Shown one piece after another: positions 55,195-58,852 of a stretch of DNA of 58,852 bases. The stretch is from assembly GCA_964632435.1 (NCBI GenBank), contig CAZWEJ010000002.1:1-58852 (forward strand), read 5' to 3'. The stretch is from an uncultured Candidatus Saccharimonadales bacterium. GTDB taxonomy: Bacteria > Patescibacteriota > Saccharimonadia > UBA4664 > SCTI01. The notes beneath the pieces are model-generated. The model was not told the DNA's origin. It did no database searches and saw only the letters and a program-made list of their open reading frames with translations. The position numbers and the translations under genes were made by a program. Position 1 is the stretch's first letter. Each line of letters starts with the position of its first letter.

Positions 55195-55541
55195 AAACCA
55201 AACTTTTATACTCAGCAGCACTAATTCAAACCTTAATTCCTGCATCAGCCCTTGCAGTTGATACAGACTCTCAGTGTGAGGGTGCCCAGGCGGTTGGTGG
55301 AGCTTGCACTAAGGCTGGGCTCGATGCCTCACTAGAAAGGATCCTCTCAACGCTTTTCTTTATAATTGGATCTATAGCAGTTATTTTTCTGTTGATCGGG
55401 GCCATTCGTTATATTACCTCTACTGGAGACGCCACAAGAATAAAGCAAGCTAAAGATACTATTTTTTACGCCATAGCTGGGCTTATTGTTGCTATCGTGG
55501 CACAGGCGCTAGTAAGCTTTGTAATATCGAGGCTGAGTTAA
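55191..55541 (+). CDS. VirB2/TrbC-like pilin paralog 5
   Basis: In-frame start MKTKLLYSAALIQTLIPASALA at 55191 (ATGA overlap). A CEGAQAVGGAC loop, then TM-AIRYITSTGDATRIKQAK-TM. Confidence 0.75.
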   Translation: MKTKLLYSAALIQTLIPASALAVDTDSQCEGAQAVGGACTKAGLDASLERILSTLFFIIGSIAVIFLLIGAIRYITSTGDATRIKQAKDTIFYAIAGLIVAIVAQALVSFVISRLS

Positions 55542-55951
55542 TGAAGAAACTTTTATCTGTTTTATTGACGCTAACATTCACAGCTACTCTCTTCTCGCCA
55601 GTGTCCAGTCTTGCTGCTTTAACTGCTACCGAAAAACAATTGTGCACAGGGAGCAATAATCAAGTTGTTGGAACGGGACCAGATGAAAAGTGTGTACCTA
55701 AAACCGGAAAAACACTTACTGGCGCAGATAGTTATCTGACGGATATTATTAATTTACTTCTATTTCTAGCGGGAGCTATAGCTGTTATCGTCATTATTAT
55801 AGGTGGCATTAGGTATATAACCTCCACTGGCGATGCAATGAGAATTAAACAGGCCAAAGATACTATTTTGTACGGTATTGTTGGGTTGATCATCGCAATT
55901 TTCGCTTACGCAATCGTAAATAGCCTTGTGTGGCAATTAACAGGAACCTAA
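55541..55951 (+). CDS. VirB2/TrbC-like pilin paralog 6
   Basis: Signal peptide, a C...C loop of 20 residues, then TM-GIRYITSTGDAMRIKQAK-TM. Confidence 0.75.
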   Translation: MKKLLSVLLTLTFTATLFSPVSSLAALTATEKQLCTGSNNQVVGTGPDEKCVPKTGKTLTGADSYLTDIINLLLFLAGAIAVIVIIIGGIRYITSTGDAMRIKQAKDTILYGIVGLIIAIFAYAIVNSLVWQLTGT

Positions 55952-56304
55952 TGAGAAAAACCAAATTTGTGATTTATAGCTTGTTATTATTTCCCTCTTT
56001 TGCCCTTGCCCAATTAGGCGAAGGCGTTGACTCAACGAAACCACCGGTAAATGCGGAAGGAAAAGAAGTTGTGCCAACAAATCTATGGCAAGAGATTGAT
56101 ACAATAACCAACCTTTTACTTTTTTTAGCAGGTGCAGTAGCAGTAATAGTGATAATTTTTGGTGGATTTAGGTATATTACCTCTACGGGAGATCCGGCAA
56201 GAGTTAAGCAGGCAAAGGATACAATAGTCTATGGCATCATTGGGTTGATAGTAGCAATCCTTGCCTACGCTATTGTGCGTTTTATAACCACCCAACTCAA
56301 ATAA
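55951..56304 (+). CDS. VirB2/TrbC-like pilin paralog 7 (no Cys)
   Basis: Start MRKTKFVIYSLLLFPSFALA at 55951 (TAATG overlap). TM-GFRYITSTGDPARVKQAK-TM. Confidence 0.75.
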   Translation: MRKTKFVIYSLLLFPSFALAQLGEGVDSTKPPVNAEGKEVVPTNLWQEIDTITNLLLFLAGAVAVIVIIFGGFRYITSTGDPARVKQAKDTIVYGIIGLIVAILAYAIVRFITTQLK

Positions 56305-56316
56305 AGCATAACAGGT

Positions 56317-56344
56317 TTGATTTTAATCTGGAGCGTGGTATACT
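56317..56344 (+). promoter_or_regulatory. Sigma70-like promoter for pilin paralog 8
   Basis: TTGATT, a 16-nt spacer, then TGG-TATACT (extended -10), about 40 nt upstream of ATG 56383. Confidence 0.4.
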
Positions 56345-56382
56345 CGGCTCAAAGATAGGAATTAACCATAAAAAGGAAAAAA

Positions 56383-56799
56383 ATGAATTTATCAGTATCA
56401 TCAGCTATAGAAAAAGCCGGAAAAGGAGCTATCTATCTAGGTACTTTTATGCCGGTTGCGGCTCTAGCTCAAACAGAACCAACCTGTAACCCTCAAACAG
56501 GAGGAGCAACAGGTGGCGCAGATTGCGCGAAGGCAACATCACAACCTGAATCATTGTTCGCAACGGGAGGAGTCTTCCAGACAGTTTCAAACGTTCTCAT
56601 TTTCTTGGTGGGAGCGGTTGCTGTTATCATGCTCATCTGGGGTGGATTACAATATGTCATATCTGCCGGCGATTCGAAGAGGGTCGAAAGTGCAAAAAGT
56701 ACCATTCTCTATTCCATAATAGGAATTGTAGTTGCACTTCTTGCATTTGCGATTGTAAACTTTGTTACCACGCAGTTAAGTGCAACTCCAACAACTTAG
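56383..56799 (+). CDS. VirB2/TrbC-like pilin paralog 8
   Basis: Signal peptide, a CNPQTGGATGGADC loop, then TM-GLQYVISAGDSKRVESAK-TM. Confidence 0.75.
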   Translation: MNLSVSSAIEKAGKGAIYLGTFMPVAALAQTEPTCNPQTGGATGGADCAKATSQPESLFATGGVFQTVSNVLIFLVGAVAVIMLIWGGLQYVISAGDSKRVESAKSTILYSIIGIVVALLAFAIVNFVTTQLSATPTT

Positions 56800-56823
56800 A
56801 AAACTCACTCTATTTTAAAGACT

Positions 56824-56847
56824 ACCCGCTTCGGCGGGTTTCTTTTT
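56824..56847 (+). terminator. Rho-independent terminator ending the pilin array
   Basis: ACCCGC-ttcg-GCGGGT followed by TTCTTTTT. Confidence 0.75.
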
Positions 56848-56893
56848 GCTCCATTGTCAACTTCCAACGCCTCCAACCAACTTCCTCCACCAC

Positions 56894-56914
56894 TAAAGAA
56901 GCCCCTTACGGGGC
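56894..56914 (-). terminator. Rho-independent terminator of hsp20
   Basis: Minus strand reads GCCCC-gtaa-GGGGC followed by TTCTTT, about 30 nt after the hsp20 stop. Confidence 0.55.
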
Positions 56915-56941
56915 CGCTTTAGTACTTGAACAAAAACTAAC

Positions 56942-57379
56942 TTAACTGGCTACTACTCGGATCTTCTTGACCTTATCCTGAATGATCTTTGGTATAGCGA
57001 TGCTCAACACACCATTCTTGAGGCTAGCCTCTGCCTTATCGGCATTTACGCTAACTGGCATGATGATTGATCGGCTAAATGCTCCCCAGTAGCACTCTTG
57101 TACGTAGTAGTTCTCGCGCTCAACAACGCTCTCCTCTACTCGCTCGCCGCGAATAGTAACTACGTCCTCAGCGATAGCAACCTCAAGGTTCTTGGGATCA
57201 ACACCCGCGATAGGAGCCTTAATAACTACGCTTTCCTTCGTCTGATAGACATCTACTGCTAGCTGGCCTTCAACCTCGGCATCTCCTGCCTCTTCGTTTA
57301 GCCAGTCTCCGTTTACTTCTTCGTCGTTCAGAAATTCATCCTGTAAGACGCTTTCATCGTTGGTCTTCTTTGCCACCAC
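56942..57379 (-). CDS. Hsp20/alpha-crystallin family small heat-shock protein
   Basis: Alpha-crystallin core (AVDVYQTKESVVIKAPIAGV...GVLSIAIPK). GTG start. Confidence 0.9.
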   Translation of the reverse strand: MVAKKTNDESVLQDEFLNDEEVNGDWLNEEAGDAEVEGQLAVDVYQTKESVVIKAPIAGVDPKNLEVAIAEDVVTIRGERVEESVVERENYYVQECYWGAFSRSIIMPVSVNADKAEASLKNGVLSIAIPKIIQDKVKKIRVVAS

Positions 57380-57573
57380 AGTTCTCCCTTACTTATGCGG
57401 GCGAGGTCGATACCCTCTATGCGTCTCCACCCGTCTTGAGCATATTATATGCACATCTCATATAGGAGCGCAACAGCACAGCCGTTTTGACGAAATAAAT
57501 AGTTCAATTTTAATGATTTTTTAATTAATTGACGCGTAATCATTAATTAATGTGGCTCAGTTAGGCTAAATGC

Positions 57574-58227
57574 ATGTTGAGCAAATTGGCCAGACTTATC
57601 GCTCACCCGCTCTGCGTTGGTTGCAATCGCGAAGGCATTGAGTTGTGCGCAGCCTGCGTTGGAAAAATTGAGCCACCGCTACCGCGATGCACCTATTGTA
57701 AAAAGCACAATAAAAAGTTGGTGTGCAACGAGTGCAAACTAACAACCGGCGTGCATGAAATTTACGTGGCAGGACTATACACCGGCATATTGAGAGACGT
57801 TGTTGGTGGCATCAAATTTACTCATCAGAAATACATGCTTGCGCCAGCTGCTAAGCTATTGGCAGAACGAATTAATTCCAAAGCCGACGATTTTGACATA
57901 ATTGTTCCGGTTCCCACTTCCCCTTCACGCATTAGGCAACGAGGTTTTGATCATACAAAAGAATTAGCCAAGTGTATGTCGAAGCTGCTCAATATTGAAT
58001 CTAGTAGCATTCTATATAGACTTAACTCTAATCGCCAAGTTGGTCAAAATCGTGAAAAAAGGCTTTCGCAAGCCAAAAAACAATTCAATTTTTCTCAACA
58101 TGCACCTGGGAGCGTTTTATTGGTGGACGACGTTATAACTACGGGAGCTACTATCGCCGCATGCGCTTCCCTACTTAGAGCAGCCGGCGCAAAAGAAGTA
58201 ACTGTTGCGGCATTGGCTCAAGATTAA
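57574..58227 (+). CDS. comF: ComF family protein (phosphoribosyltransferase domain plus N-terminal Cys-rich zinc finger)
   Basis: CVGC...CAAC...CTYC...CNEC pairs. PRTase motif VLLVDDVITTGATI. Confidence 0.8.
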   Translation: MLSKLARLIAHPLCVGCNREGIELCAACVGKIEPPLPRCTYCKKHNKKLVCNECKLTTGVHEIYVAGLYTGILRDVVGGIKFTHQKYMLAPAAKLLAERINSKADDFDIIVPVPTSPSRIRQRGFDHTKELAKCMSKLLNIESSSILYRLNSNRQVGQNREKRLSQAKKQFNFSQHAPGSVLLVDDVITTGATIAACASLLRAAGAKEVTVAALAQD

Positions 58228-58235
58228 ATAATTGC

Positions 58236-58328
58236 TGGCGGAGAGGGAGAGATTCGAACTCTCGCGGGGGATTGCTCCCCCCTACAGGTTTAGCAAACCC
58301 GCCCCTTCAGCCACTTGGGTACCTCTCC
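58236..58328 (-). tRNA. tRNA-Ser (anticodon GCT), class II, CCA encoded
   Basis: Acceptor GGAGAGG/CCTCTCC, anticodon loop TTGCTAA, long variable arm, T arm GAGAG-TTCGAAT-CTCTC, G plus CCA. Confidence 0.9.
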
Positions 58329-58391
58329 ATGTTGTGGCTACAGATGAGATCATACAGGAATGAGCCTTTCTGATCAATGCAAAAGAAGTGT

Positions 58392-58420
58392 TTGACATAA
58401 TCATTTTGAAGAAGGATACT
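58392..58420 (+). promoter_or_regulatory. Possible sigma70-like promoter for the inter-tRNA small-ORF module
   Basis: TTGACA, a 17-nt spacer, then GATACT. Confidence 0.3.
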
Positions 58421-58460
58421 GTGCTTGTAAGAGTCGTTGCCCAAACAAGGAGACGACTAA

Positions 58461-58502
58461 ATGTACCTAAAGGATGGCGAGGTTTCCATGATGCCGAGGT
58501 AG
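58461..58502 (+). CDS. Possible 13-codon leader ORF (MYLKDGEVSMMPR)
   Basis: AAGGAG sits 8 nt upstream of the ATG. The ORF ends inside the loop of the hairpin whose 3' arm abuts the next Shine-Dalgarno sequence. Confidence 0.2.
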   Translation: MYLKDGEVSMMPR

Positions 58503-58526
58503 CAATCATGGAAAGGAGTAGGCCTC

Positions 58527-58724
58527 TTGGCCATCACCAACTTCGCTGATCCCCCAAACGACCGTAATGAGCTTGAGCTGGCTTTCAGTGATCCTCCTCG
58601 TGGGATTGCCGTTCACACCAGTTACTACCGCGACGACGAGTGTTGCGTCCGCTTCACCTTCATTGCACCTATCGAGCTCACCGCCTTCGTTCCCGCACCG
58701 CCCGACCCCTGCCGTACGCAGTAA
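58527..58724 (+). CDS. Small GC-rich hypothetical protein (65 codons, TTG start)
   Basis: AAGGAG sits 8 nt upstream of the TTG. Third codon positions are strongly pyrimidine-biased (mostly C), unlike neighbouring genes. A hairpin lies 30 nt downstream. Confidence 0.35.
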   Translation: MAITNFADPPNDRNELELAFSDPPRGIAVHTSYYRDDECCVRFTFIAPIELTAFVPAPPDPCRTQ

Positions 58725-58750
58725 GTAAACGGACCGCTGGATCGTGCAGT

Positions 58751-58783
58751 AAAAGCGCCCCAAAGCATGATGCTGAGGGGCGC
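58751..58783. terminator. GC-rich hairpin, terminator-like on the minus strand (after the upstream tRNA-Ser) and possibly also on the plus strand
   Basis: GCGCCCC-aa-AGCA-tga-TGCT-ga-GGGGCGC. The minus strand follows with TTTT, and the plus strand follows with TCCTTAATTATT. Confidence 0.55.
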
Positions 58784-58797
58784 TCCTTAATTATTGC

Positions 58798-58852
58798 TGG
58801 CGGAGAGGGTGGGATTCGAACCCACGATACCGTTTCCGGTATACCGCTTTTC
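58798..58852 (-). tRNA. Class II tRNA, probably tRNA-Ser, 3' portion only (runs off the window)
   Basis: CCA, discriminator G, acceptor CCTCTCC, T arm GTGGG-TTCGAAT-CCCAC and a long variable-arm stem. The anticodon lies outside the window. Confidence 0.7.

Noticed and set aside
39739-56799. Integrative conjugative element or plasmid-derived conjugation module
   Set aside because: No relaxase, coupling protein, integrase/recombinase, partition genes or flanking direct repeats are present. The locus directly abuts dnaA-dnaN-recF core genes.
53588-56799. CRISPR-like or other non-coding periodic array, suggested by the recurring ~90-nt conserved segment
   Set aside because: The period is 290-470 nt and irregular. 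Every unit is a complete ORF with a signal peptide and RBS, so the repeat is the conserved coding hairpin of paralogous genes.
57380-57480. CIRCE, HAIR or ROSE-type heat-shock control element in the hsp20 leader
   Set aside because: No TTAGCACTC-N9-GAGTGCTAA or CTTGAGT-N7-ACTCAAG is present. The leader can form stems, but none pairs with the SD, so no thermometer can be supported.
58329-58797. Known housekeeping RNA (RNase P RNA, SRP/4.5S RNA, tmRNA, 6S) in the GC-rich inter-tRNA spacer
   Set aside because: I looked on both strands for the P4 GAGGAAAGUCC and ACAGAA..GGCUUA motifs, the SRP GGAAGCAGCC/GNAR helix-8 motif and a tRNA-like tmRNA end, and found none. This needs an Infernal scan for certainty.

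Overview
This window is an origin-proximal chromosomal segment (rpmH-rnpA-yidC-jag divergent from dnaA-dnaN-recF-DUF721). The organism is a small-genome, apparently monoderm bacterium. Gene content fits a Patescibacteria/CPR organism, possibly Saccharibacteria-like; that assignment is inference, not proof. From left to right the window holds six blocks. (1) A small variable islet downstream of tRNA-Asn, with orphan ORFs, a duplicated tRNA 3' end and a gene remnant. (2) A tight operon of one cytoplasmic PAS histidine kinase plus three output-less receiver proteins, divergent from a cellulose-synthase-like GT2. (3) lexA with a direct-repeat operator candidate, two secreted beta-helix proteins with near-identical dockerin modules, VanW, manC and a secreted repeat protein. 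(4) A lower-GC surface-glycan island of about 15.6 kb, with GT4/GT2 glycosyltransferases, three methyltransferases, a Wzx-like flippase and a Wzm/Wzt-like ABC exporter. (5) The replication origin region. (6) An approximately 17 kb type IV secretion-like locus at 39.7-56.8 kb. That locus has a VirB4 ATPase, a PrgI/VirB3-like protein, two paralogous extended VirB6-like proteins, three peptidoglycan-hydrolase domains and a divergent array of eight VirB2-like pilin paralogs. It has no relaxase, coupling protein or integrase, and it is the most interesting system here. The right end carries hsp20, comF and two tRNA-Ser genes that bracket a compositionally odd small-ORF module. No CRISPR array, rRNA or intact mobile element was seen.
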